32,000 nucleotides of DNA from Mycolicibacterium smegmatis (GCF_001457595.1 NZ_LN831039.1:1290001-1322000), one strand, 5' to 3'. Shown: positions 1-7,729, counted from the first letter of the stretch. Made by a program: numbers and translations. Notes: a model not told the origin generated them from the sequence alone.

Positions 1-850
1 CGACCGTCAGCGCCTGCAGGGTCTTGCCCAGACCCAGTTCGTCGCACAGCAGCACCCGTCGTCGCGCCAGCGCGTACTGCGCGCCGAACAGTTGGTAGCC
101 GCGCAGTTCGGTGCGCACCAACGACCGGTCGACGTCGATCTGCGTGGCCTCCTCGGCCACCGCGGCGCCGACGAAACCTTGTGCTGCGTCGACATCGGTT
201 GTCCCCGAGGCGAACTCCATCAAGAGTCGGTCGATCTCGGCGCCGTCGCGGCGGTAACCGGCCCACACGTCGGTCTCGGGTTTGCGGGCGCATTCGATGC
301 GCTCGACGAGGTCGGCCACCTTGTCCAGCAACGGATCCGGTTCCTCGACTGCAGCGGCTTCGGTACGCCGCCGTCGCCCGTTGCCGTTGGGGGCCTCGAC
401 GCGGGCCCGCACCCGGGGAAGGATGCGCCGCAGTTGCTTGGCCGGGGGCGTGGCCTTGATGAGGACCAGCAGGTCGGCCAGCAGGGCCGTGTCGCTCTCG
501 GACTCGCGGTCCAGGCGAGGCCGGGTGGTGGTGCGGATGCGGTCGGCCATCAGCTGTGCACCGGCCTGGACGGCCTGCGCGGTCGCGATGTCGACGCCGG
601 GTACCTGGGTGAGCAGTCGTGCGGGCACGGTGTGGACGTCGGCGACCGTGCGGTATTCGGAGTTGAGCAGGGCGCTGATGCGGGTGCCGAGCGTCAGGTA
701 CGGGCGCACGCCGGCCAGCGGCGTGGATTGCAGCGCACGTTCGACGACGGCGTCGGTGTTGGCGCGGACGTTGGCGGCGATCTCAGCGCGAAGCGTGCCG
801 AGGTCGGCGAGCAGGCCATCGGCACGGCGGACGAGGTCTGCGCGATCCAT
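1..850 (-). CDS. SNF2/DEAD-like helicase, N-terminal part (gene runs off the left edge)
   Basis: Absent from the ORF track because no stop lies in the window. Reverse-strand ATG at 850-848 is open to position 1 in my hand translation (MDRADLVRRADGLLADLG...). The last residues, ...LRGYQLFGAQYALARRRVLLCDELGLGKTLQALTV, give SNF2 helicase motif I (DExGLGKT). The + ORF 92..859 is its antisense shadow. Confidence 0.75.
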   Translation of the reverse strand, partial: MDRADLVRRADGLLADLGTLRAEIAANVRANTDAVVERALQSTPLAGVRPYLTLGTRISALLNSEYRTVADVHTVPARLLTQVPGVDIATAQAVQAGAQLMADRIRTTTRPRLDRESESDTALLADLLVLIKATPPAKQLRRILPRVRARVEAPNGNGRRRRTEAAAVEEPDPLLDKVADLVERIECARKPETDVWAGYRRDGAEIDRLLMEFASGTTDVDAAQGFVGAAVAEEATQIDVDRSLVRTELRGYQLFGAQYALARRRVLLCDELGLGKTLQALTV

Positions 851-913
851 GACTCCTGATCATCGCATCTTCGCGCCGCCCGGACAGGCGCCAATTGCCC
901 GGGCAAAGCGCAT

Positions 914-1171
914 TCAGAGGTCGTCGACGTCGATCAACCCGTCCTGGATCGCGCGGGCGACGAGCGCGGCCTTGGTGGTCGCGGGCCTGCCCACGGCGGC
1001 GTACTTGGCGCGGATGCGCTGCAGATGTGTTCGCACGGTGGTCGGCGCAATGTGCAGTTGACGGGCCACGCCGTCTTTGCTGTCGGTTCGGATCCACGCG
1101 AGCAGGACTTCCTTTTCGCGCGGCGCCAGCTCGGGTCGGGGGAGCGGCCTGTCGACGGGCATTGCGGTCAT
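914..1171 (-). CDS. Small LuxR/GerE-family HTH transcription regulator
   Basis: Track ORF 914..1345 trimmed to the internal ATG at 1171. Sequence MTAMPVDRPLPRPELAPREKEVLLAWIRTDSKDGVARQLHIAPTTVRTHLQRIRAKYAAVG... is a typical GerE-type HTH. Start could also be ATG 1162. Confidence 0.75.
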   Translation of the reverse strand: MTAMPVDRPLPRPELAPREKEVLLAWIRTDSKDGVARQLHIAPTTVRTHLQRIRAKYAAVGRPATTKAALVARAIQDGLIDVDDL

Positions 1172-1336
1172 ACGCGCGAACCTCCACACAGAGCAAAATC
1201 TGACTGGAGCTATCGTCCGTTCGGGCGATACGGAAAACAGGTGCGCTGGTCGCCTAATTGACGCGAGCTTAGTGTTATCAGCCACATGCTTTGAATTTGT
1301 CGGCAGGATCTTGCCCGCGTATCGGAGAATCAGCGA

Positions 1337-2086
1337 ATGGACCACAGTCTGCGGATCCTTGTGGCCTCACCTCTTGGCCGGATCGTCGCGCCGGCGATCA
1401 AGTCGGAACTGCCCGCAGCAACGGTGGAATTCGCTGAGAACAGCGACGCGGTGCGCCGCCAGATCATCGGTCGCGTGCGGTTCGACGTCGTGATCGCCGA
1501 CCTGGTGTGGAACCACCCGGAGCTGGAGTTCACGTTCGACGGGCTCGATGTGATCGACGTGCTGCACGAGGCCAACCGGATCGCACCGGTCATCCTCACC
1601 CGGCAGGGCCACAGCCTGGAGCACGACCTGATCGACGAGGCCCGGCTGCGGCCCGAGGTGGTCTCGGCATTCCACACACCCATGGGTATCGAGGCGCTGT
1701 CCCGGTTGATCCGGGACGCCGCGGTGGGTCGTCGTCACCCGGTCATGTCGCCGACCCCGCGGAAACCCTCGCTGTACGAGCTGTTTCGGACACGCAAGGG
1801 ACAGACCACGGGCCGCCTGGCAGGCGCGATCGCCGCGGGCCGTGCCACCGACGGGGCCACTCTGGCGGCTGCGGCGGGCGTGGGCATCAACACCGCGACC
1901 AAGGTGGCGACGCACTATCTGGGGCCGGTCATGCGGATGCGCGACGAGCACGATCCGGCCCTGCCGCTGACCCTGCCCGCGGTCTACCGCTGGTGTGGTC
2001 TGCACGCGCGGTACCTCATCAGTTGGTGTCGCCGTCACGGCCACGCCGATGTGGTGCAGACACCTTCCGAGGACCGCCCGGCCTAA
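1337..2086 (+). CDS. Atypical receiver-like (pseudo-receiver) domain protein with a possible C-terminal HTH
   Basis: 249-aa ORF divergent from the LuxR gene. The N-terminus has a receiver-like layout (RILVASP..., DVVIADLVW, PVILTRQG). The usual acidic DD pair is AS and the conserved K-P position reads H-T-P. The C-terminal part (GQTTGRLAGAIAAGRATDGATLAAAAGVGINTATKVATHYL) looks HTH-like. Confidence 0.6.
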   Translation: MDHSLRILVASPLGRIVAPAIKSELPAATVEFAENSDAVRRQIIGRVRFDVVIADLVWNHPELEFTFDGLDVIDVLHEANRIAPVILTRQGHSLEHDLIDEARLRPEVVSAFHTPMGIEALSRLIRDAAVGRRHPVMSPTPRKPSLYELFRTRKGQTTGRLAGAIAAGRATDGATLAAAAGVGINTATKVATHYLGPVMRMRDEHDPALPLTLPAVYRWCGLHARYLISWCRRHGHADVVQTPSEDRPA

Positions 2087-2106
2087 CCGGCTTCAACGCC
2101 GAGCCC

Positions 2107-2166
2107 GCCGAGCGTGCGTCCACGGCGGGAAAACGCGCGCGATCCCGCCACCAGCGCACGCTCGGC
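2107..2166. terminator. Compound hairpin between convergent genes (candidate bidirectional terminator)
   Basis: A perfect 12-bp inverted repeat, GCCGAGCGTGCG (2107-2118) / CGCACGCTCGGC (2155-2166), encloses an inner 7-bp inverted repeat, GGCGGGA (2124-2130) / TCCCGCC (2143-2149). It sits between the stops at 2086 (+) and 2185 (-). Confidence 0.5.
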
Positions 2167-2184
2167 GAGGCGAACGCACGAAAC

Positions 2185-4560
2185 TCAGATCATGTCGTTC
2201 TTCGTCAGCCACCGCATGACGGGCCAGCCGACGAACACCGGCAGCCAGCAGGTCAGCACGCGGTAGAGCAGCACCGCGGGCACGCCGATCGCGGGCGGCA
2301 CACCGAACGCGGCCAGACCACCGATCAGGGCGGCCTCGACGGCACCGACACCACCGGGGGTGGGGGCGGCCGAGGCCAGGGTGCCGCCGATCATCGTGAC
2401 GACCGTGACGGTGACGAATGACGTGTCGCCGCCGAACGCCTCGACGCTGGCCCAGAGTGCCAGTGCGGCACCGAGAGTCGTGCCGGCCGCGCCGAGGACG
2501 ATGAGTATCAGGCGTTTCGGTTCGCGGGCGAGCTTGATGAGGTCTTCCCAGACCTCTTCGAGCTTGGGCCGCACGGCGGATGCGAGCCAGCGGCGCAGTT
2601 TCGGCACCGCGAGGAACGCCCCGACGAGACCGAGTGCCAGACCCGCGATGAGGTAGAGGATCGTCGCGCTGGGGACGAAGTGCGACAGGTCGGCCCGCGC
2701 ACCGGCCATGGTGGAGAAGAAGATCAGCAGGATCACGTGCACGATCACCTGCACCGACTGCTGCAGCGCCACGGCCGCGGTCGCACGCATGGTGCTCAGC
2801 CCGCCCTTCTGCAGGAACCGGGTGCTCAGCGCCAGGCCGCCGACACCGGCGGGCGTGGTGGTGGCGGCAAAGGTGTTGGCAATCTGCATGATCGACAGGT
2901 TGCGGAAACTCACCAGCCCGTCGGCGCACGCCCACAGCGCGGCCGCGGCGCCCACGTAGGTCAGCGCCGAGACCGTGAGCCCCATCAGCGCCCACGACCA
3001 GTTGGCGGTGCGCAGTTCGGAGAAGAACGTGGGCACGGTGCTGATGAACGGATACGCCACGTACACCAGCGCGATCAGCAGCACCAGCTGGATCACCTGG
3101 GTGCGGGTGAATCGGGTGATGGTCTCGGCCTCGATCTGATCGGCCCCGGTCTGGTGCTTGACCTCGTCGCGTGCCTGGCCCATCACCGCTTTGGCGTCGG
3201 GCACTGTGGCGCGCACCCGCGCGGGCACCGCGGCCTTGGTGAGCCTGCGCGACGCGGTGAGCACGGTGTCACGGCCGAACGCCTTGATTGCGGCACCGAC
3301 GGCCGACTGCGCGTCGTACAGCGCAGTGGTGGTGACGAGCAGTTGCGCGATGTCGGACTGCAATTGGGCGTCGGTGGCGCCGTATTCGGAGTTGCCGAAC
3401 CCGCCGAACAGCACCGCGCCGTCCTCGACGGTGATCTCCTTGCTGCGCAGATCGCCGTGGGCGATCTGGTGGTCGTGCAGCATGCGCAGCGCGTTCCACA
3501 CGCGCCCCACCGTGGCCTCGTCGGTGCACTGGTCCAACGGGGTGCCGCGTTTGCGGTTGTGCGCGTAGAGCGTCCAGCCACGGTCCAGCGCGGCCACCGA
3601 CATCGTCGACGTGCTCGCCAGGCCCAGGTCGCCGATCGCGATCGCCATCAGCGCGCGGTGTTCGACGGCGCGGCGCATCGAGGTCTGCAGGGGAGCGGTC
3701 TCGTCGCTGCGGAACCGGATCTTGCGCCACAACTGACGGAAGGCGCCGCCGCTGCGCTGGTTCGGTCCGTACAACTCGACGACGGCCACGGCGTCGGGGT
3801 CCTGCGACGCGGCCTCCAGCAGCAGTGGTCCGGCACCCGCGGGACGCACGACGGTGAACGACTGCACCTGGAACCCGCGGCGCATCAGCGCGCGCACGGC
3901 CCCGTCGAGCGGGACCTCCAGCGCGGGGGTGCCGACGACCCACACCACGAGCGCCCCGACGAACCAGCCCACGGCCAGACCCAGCAGTGAGCGGGCCGGC
4001 ACGACGGCGCTGACCACCAGGTGGATGGGCACGAACGCCAGCAGCAGCCCCCACCACCACCGGCGCAGCCGCTGAGGCAGCCACGGCCCGGACACCGTGA
4101 GCACCGCGGCGAGCATGCCGATCCAGCGTGGATCGTCGAGGAACTGCGAGAGTTGGCTGTCCAGGCGGTCACCGAGGTCGAAGTGCCACTGCGGTGCGGC
4201 GATGCCGTTGCCCGTGATAGACAGCGACAGCATCGTGATGAGACCCGCAGCGGCGTAGGCGCCCAGCAGTTTCCACTGCCGCGAGAAGACCAGGCTGACC
4301 AGGATCACGAACGGCAGCGCCACGATCGCGACGCTGTAGGCCAGATAGACCAGGTTGGACTGCGTGGGGGTGAGGACGCCGACGACCTCGGAGATCGACC
4401 GCTCCAACGCCACCCACTCGTAGCGGGTGATCAGCGAGCTCGCGATGACCGTGGCGAGAAAGAGGGACGCGAGCGTCAGACGCAGGATGTCGTTGGTGCG
4501 CCGGGACATGGGTTGCAGCAACTTCCCGGTGACAACGATGTCCCGTCCGTCAACGCGCAT
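2185..4560 (-). CDS. Large polytopic membrane protein: N-terminal TM bundle, central kinase-like domain, C-terminal LPG-synthase-TM/flippase-like (UPF0104) domain
   Basis: Track ORF 2185..4584. I prefer ATG 4560 (MRVDGRDIVV...), preceded by AAAGGGGGAA. There are about 6 N-terminal hydrophobic helices. The soluble middle carries HDHQIAHGDLRSKEITVEDGAVLFGGFG, a kinase-like catalytic-loop and DFG-like region. The C-terminus has about 8 TM helices ending in PTPGGVGAVEAALIGGL, the signature I associate with the MprF-type flippase-like family. Confidence 0.8.
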   Translation of the reverse strand: MRVDGRDIVVTGKLLQPMSRRTNDILRLTLASLFLATVIASSLITRYEWVALERSISEVVGVLTPTQSNLVYLAYSVAIVALPFVILVSLVFSRQWKLLGAYAAAGLITMLSLSITGNGIAAPQWHFDLGDRLDSQLSQFLDDPRWIGMLAAVLTVSGPWLPQRLRRWWWGLLLAFVPIHLVVSAVVPARSLLGLAVGWFVGALVVWVVGTPALEVPLDGAVRALMRRGFQVQSFTVVRPAGAGPLLLEAASQDPDAVAVVELYGPNQRSGGAFRQLWRKIRFRSDETAPLQTSMRRAVEHRALMAIAIGDLGLASTSTMSVAALDRGWTLYAHNRKRGTPLDQCTDEATVGRVWNALRMLHDHQIAHGDLRSKEITVEDGAVLFGGFGNSEYGATDAQLQSDIAQLLVTTTALYDAQSAVGAAIKAFGRDTVLTASRRLTKAAVPARVRATVPDAKAVMGQARDEVKHQTGADQIEAETITRFTRTQVIQLVLLIALVYVAYPFISTVPTFFSELRTANWSWALMGLTVSALTYVGAAAALWACADGLVSFRNLSIMQIANTFAATTTPAGVGGLALSTRFLQKGGLSTMRATAAVALQQSVQVIVHVILLIFFSTMAGARADLSHFVPSATILYLIAGLALGLVGAFLAVPKLRRWLASAVRPKLEEVWEDLIKLAREPKRLILIVLGAAGTTLGAALALWASVEAFGGDTSFVTVTVVTMIGGTLASAAPTPGGVGAVEAALIGGLAAFGVPPAIGVPAVLLYRVLTCWLPVFVGWPVMRWLTKNDMI

Positions 4561-4632
4561 GTTCCCCCTTTCGGCTCGCACCAAGGTAGCCGGGTGTTCG
4601 TGCGATATCCGTTATTGACCTTGTTGTGCGCC

Positions 4633-4663
4633 GTCACGAAATCACATCGGTCACATGCGTCAC
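4633..4663. repeat. Array of four (G/A)TCAC pentamers spaced 8-9 bp apart in a divergent promoter region
   Basis: GTCAC at 4633, ATCAC at 4641, GTCAC at 4650 and GTCAC at 4659, followed by the inverted TGAC at 4667-4670. The array lies between the membrane-protein start (4560, -) and the kinase start (4783, +). Confidence 0.4.
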
Positions 4664-4782
4664 TGATGACGGCGAATTTCGGCGGGGCGGTGTGATCGAG
4701 GCCGACAGATTCAGCGAACGTGATGTAACTTCGATCAAGCCAAAATTGACGTGCCGAATAGGCCGCCCCCGAGGAGTAAACG

Positions 4783-6612
4783 GTGGACGCGACACCATTC
4801 GGGCACTATCAGCTGCAAAAGCTGATCGGCCGGGGTGGCATGGGTGAGGTCTATCAGGCCTACGACACCAAGACCCAGCGGATCGTCGCGCTGAAGGTTT
4901 TGCCGCCGCATCTGGCGCAGGATGCCTCGTTCCAGGACCGGTTCCGGCGGGAGTCGCACGCCGCGGCCGGTGTCAACGATCCACATGTGGTGCCGATCCA
5001 CGGGTTCGGCGAGATCGACGGCCGGCTGTATCTGGACATGCGGCTCATCGAGGGCCGCAACCTCGGCGCCATGCTGACCAGGGCCGACAAGCCGCTGGAC
5101 CCGGCGTTCGTCGTCGACATGATCGAGCAGGTCGCGACGGCGCTGGACGCCGCGCACCAGGCCGGGCTGATCCACCGCGACGTCAAACCGTCCAACATCC
5201 TCATCACCGACAACGACTTCGTCTATCTCATCGACTTCGGTCTGGCCCGCAGCGCGGGGGAGTCCGGCATGACCACCGCGGGCAGCACGCTGGGCACGCT
5301 GGCCTACATGGCGCCCGAGCGGTTCGACGCAGGCAAGGTCGATCCGCGCTCCGACATCTACGCGCTGGCGTGCGTGCTCTACGAGTGCCTCACCGGCGCA
5401 CGGCCCTATCCCGCCGACAGCCTCGAACAGCAGATCGCCGGGCACATGGTGTCCGCGCCGCCGCGGCCGTCGGACAAGGATCCGCGGCTCGCGGCGTTCG
5501 ACGACGTGATCGCCAAGGGTATGGCCAAGAAGCCCGCCAAGCGGTACCAGACCGCGGGGCGCCTCGCCGCGGCGGCGCGCGAAGCGCTCACGACGCCGGT
5601 GCTGCGCACCTCGGGCCGCTCGGGGCGGCACTCGGCACAGCGGGTGCACCGGTTGACGACCGCGCAGCGCACGCGTTCGCGGGTGCCGCGGCGCGTCGCG
5701 GTGATCGCGGGCGCCACGGTTCTGGTGGCCGCGCTGCTGTCGGTCGGGATGTGGCAGTTGCGCGACGGAAACTCTGCGGGTCGCGAGCCCGCGCTGGCCG
5801 ACACCGCGTCGACGACGGGGCCGGTTGAGGCGCCGACGGGCGCGGTGCCCGAGATCGCGGCGGCGGTGCCCGCGCACATCCGCGAGACCGGCCGGCTGGT
5901 GATCGGCGTCAACGTGCCCTACGCCCCCAACGAGTTCAAGAACTCCGACGGCGAGATCGTCGGCTTCGACGTCGACCTGATGAAGGCCGTCACCCGCACG
6001 CTGGGCCTGGTGCCCGACATCCGCGAGACCGGTTTCGAGGGCATCCTGCCGTCGGTGCGCGACGGCAGCTTCAACGTCGGCATGTCCTCGATCACCGACA
6101 CCGCCGAACGCGAGGAACTGGTCGACTTCGTCACCTACTTCCAGGCCGGCACGCTGTGGGCGCAGCGCACCGGATCCTCGGTGGACCCCGACGCGGCGTG
6201 CGGACTGCGAGTTGGCGTGGCGTACAGCACCATTCAGGAAGCCGAGGAGATCCCCGCCAAGAGCGACGCGTGCGTGGCCGCGGGGCTGCCGCCCATCGAG
6301 AAGGTCGTGCGCACGCATCAAGACGAGGTCACCGCGGCGCTGATCGCCGGTGAGGTCGACGCCATGACCGCCGACTCCCCGGTCACGGGCTTCGCGATCA
6401 AACTGTCCGGCGGCGCGCTCGCCCCGGCCGGTGAGGTGTTCGACTCCGCGCCGTACGGCTGGCCCGTGGCCAAGGATTCCGGGCTGGCCGAGCCGCTGCG
6501 CCTGGCGCTCGAGCACCTCATGGACACCGGCGAGTACCGCACCATCGCCACCATGTGGGGCGTCGAGAAGGGCATGATCAACCAGCCGGTGATCAACGGC
6601 GCCTTCCGGTAG
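4783..6612 (+). CDS. Hanks-type Ser/Thr protein kinase with one TM helix and an extracytoplasmic type-2 solute-binding (PBPb, amino-acid-binding-like) domain
   Basis: 609 aa. Kinase motifs are present: GRGGMGEVY, VALK, HRDVKPSNIL, DFGLAR, APE. A TM segment (VAVIAGATVLVAALLSVGMW) is followed by RLVIGVNVPYAPNEFKNSDGEIVGFDVDLMKAV...SSITDTAEREELVDFV, typical of polar amino-acid binding proteins. Confidence 0.9.
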   Translation: MDATPFGHYQLQKLIGRGGMGEVYQAYDTKTQRIVALKVLPPHLAQDASFQDRFRRESHAAAGVNDPHVVPIHGFGEIDGRLYLDMRLIEGRNLGAMLTRADKPLDPAFVVDMIEQVATALDAAHQAGLIHRDVKPSNILITDNDFVYLIDFGLARSAGESGMTTAGSTLGTLAYMAPERFDAGKVDPRSDIYALACVLYECLTGARPYPADSLEQQIAGHMVSAPPRPSDKDPRLAAFDDVIAKGMAKKPAKRYQTAGRLAAAAREALTTPVLRTSGRSGRHSAQRVHRLTTAQRTRSRVPRRVAVIAGATVLVAALLSVGMWQLRDGNSAGREPALADTASTTGPVEAPTGAVPEIAAAVPAHIRETGRLVIGVNVPYAPNEFKNSDGEIVGFDVDLMKAVTRTLGLVPDIRETGFEGILPSVRDGSFNVGMSSITDTAEREELVDFVTYFQAGTLWAQRTGSSVDPDAACGLRVGVAYSTIQEAEEIPAKSDACVAAGLPPIEKVVRTHQDEVTAALIAGEVDAMTADSPVTGFAIKLSGGALAPAGEVFDSAPYGWPVAKDSGLAEPLRLALEHLMDTGEYRTIATMWGVEKGMINQPVINGAFR

Positions 6613-6616
6613 AGCT

Positions 6617-7297
6617 CTACAGCGCGTTGCGACCCGCGATGGTCTTCGCGAGCTGCGCGGTCTCGCGGTCGCCGACGCCGAAGCCCGTGATGCGGACGTC
6701 GACCACCACGTCGCCTTCGGCCAGGATCGCGCGACGCGTGATGCGTTCGGTCGGGTCGATCGGCTGGTCGTTGGTGACGTCGACGCCGTCGACGACGCGG
6801 GGCGCCGCCAGCGTCTGGATCTCGGTGGTCTCACCGCCGTCGAAACTGAACGTCAGGACATCGCCCGCGCACCGGCGCCAGATGGCGACGGTGTTGTCCA
6901 CCAGCGCCTGGGCCGCGGCGGGGGTGTGGAAGCGCGTCACGGCCTGGTCGACTTCGAGTTCGTCGGCATCGTCGCTGAGCTGGTTCTCGCGGAACTGCCG
7001 GTAGCCGCTGTCGCGGTACACCCAGTCCATCGCGTTGCCCGCGACCACCATGCATTCCTGCCGTGAGATGGGCTCGAACGTCTCGTTCTTCGTCGGGGTC
7101 CGGTACGCGGTCTTGGGGCGGACGTCGACGCCCACGATGGTCCTGATCTCTGATTCGCTCGCCAGCATGCTGCCCAGCACGTCGACCTCGGGTCCGCCGT
7201 CGGGCACCGGGGTCTGCGTGTGGCACGCGACGAGGGAGAATCCGGCTGTCGCGAGTACGCCGAGTCGTTTCGCCGTGTGGGCCAGAGCAGTGGTCAC
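6617..7297 (-). CDS. Lipoprotein with PknH-like extracellular sensor domain (LppR/LpqQ type)
   Basis: 226 aa with a GTG start preceded by GAAAGGGGA. Signal peptide plus lipobox (FSLVAC). The body resembles the mycobacterial PknH_C sensor-domain family, with Cys pairs and the motifs ECMVVAGN and WRRCAG. Confidence 0.7.
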   Translation of the reverse strand: MTTALAHTAKRLGVLATAGFSLVACHTQTPVPDGGPEVDVLGSMLASESEIRTIVGVDVRPKTAYRTPTKNETFEPISRQECMVVAGNAMDWVYRDSGYRQFRENQLSDDADELEVDQAVTRFHTPAAAQALVDNTVAIWRRCAGDVLTFSFDGGETTEIQTLAAPRVVDGVDVTNDQPIDPTERITRRAILAEGDVVVDVRITGFGVGDRETAQLAKTIAGRNAL

Positions 7298-7352
7298 GGG
7301 TCCCCTTTCTGTTTGCCGATCCTAAGCCCGCTCCAGCGGTGGGCGTGACGCG

Positions 7353-7499
7353 AGTTCCACCGATCGGGGGATGCGCTTTTCGTCCGGGCAGCGGTCCGGT
7401 CGTGGGATAACCCCGGCTGCCGCGGCGCCGGATAGTTGTCTCAACGTCCTCACACGGCGGGAACCACACCGAAAAGCCTTCCCCGGCAAAGGAGTCGAT
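7353..7499 (+). promoter_or_regulatory. Conserved upstream leader, copy 1 (near-palindrome TCCACCGATCGGGGGA at 7356-7371)
   Basis: Shares ordered identical blocks with 17784-17933: GTTCC(A/C)CCGATCGGGGGA, GGTCCGGTCGT(G/C)GGATA, TCTCAACG, CGAAAAGCCTT, CAAAGGAGTCGA(T/A)ATG. Palindrome-to-ATG distance is 129 nt here and 132 nt in copy 2. Confidence 0.6.
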
Positions 7500-7649
7500 A
7501 TGAACCCCATCGTCCGACGCATCGTCGCCACGTTGACCATCACCGCCGCCCCGTTCCTGCTTGTGGTCGGTGTGGCCACGGCAAACACCGAGCCCCATCA
7601 GGCGGTGTCTCAGGCCACCCACCAGGTCACCCACGTCTCCCAGAACTAG
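7500..7649 (+). CDS. Small secreted peptide (49 aa) with a Sec-type signal; mature ~21 aa contains three His
   Basis: This is the internal ATG of track ORF 7371..7649, preceded by AAAGGAG at good spacing. Sequence is MNPIVRRIVATLTITAAPFLLVVGVATA / NTEPHQAVSQATHQVTHVSQN. It is a paralogue of the peptide at 17934 in both signal peptide and leader, and is followed by a terminator hairpin. Confidence 0.6.
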   Translation: MNPIVRRIVATLTITAAPFLLVVGVATANTEPHQAVSQATHQVTHVSQN

Positions 7650-7660
7650 CCAGGTAGAGA

Positions 7661-7697
7661 GAAGGGCCCGGACGCCGCGCGCGTCCGGGTTCTTTGT
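7661..7697 (+). terminator. Intrinsic terminator after the small peptide gene
   Basis: Stem CCCGGACGC (7667-7675) / GCGTCCGGG (7681-7689), extendable with A-U and G-U pairs, followed by TTCTTTGTG. Confidence 0.6.
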
Positions 7698-7729
7698 GCT
7701 CGAGCCGGGGTATGTGCCTAGGCAAGCAC

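Noticed and set aside
92-859. 255-aa + strand ORF (and 282..1061 +) at the left edge
   Set aside because: It is an antisense shadow of the SNF2 helicase gene. The composition is Gly/Asp/Val/Arg-rich with no motifs, while the minus frame gives a clean helicase N-terminus with DELGLGKT.
4735-6834. 699-aa minus-strand ORF covering the kinase locus
   Set aside because: It is an Arg/Gly/Pro-rich antisense shadow. The + frame carries all the Hanks kinase motifs.
7353-7499. Assigning the duplicated leader to a named riboswitch class
   Set aside because: I cannot match it to any riboswitch consensus I know (cobalamin, SAM, TPP, Mbox, ydaO, NiCo, glycine and others). Without a covariance search, naming one would be invention. 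It is reported only as a conserved leader/operator.
7371-7649. The 92-aa version of the small-peptide ORF, and ORF 17703..18143 (146 aa)
   Set aside because: The upstream parts run through the conserved non-coding leader and have an Arg/Pro-rich composition. The internal ATGs with AAAGGAG and signal peptides are far more plausible starts.
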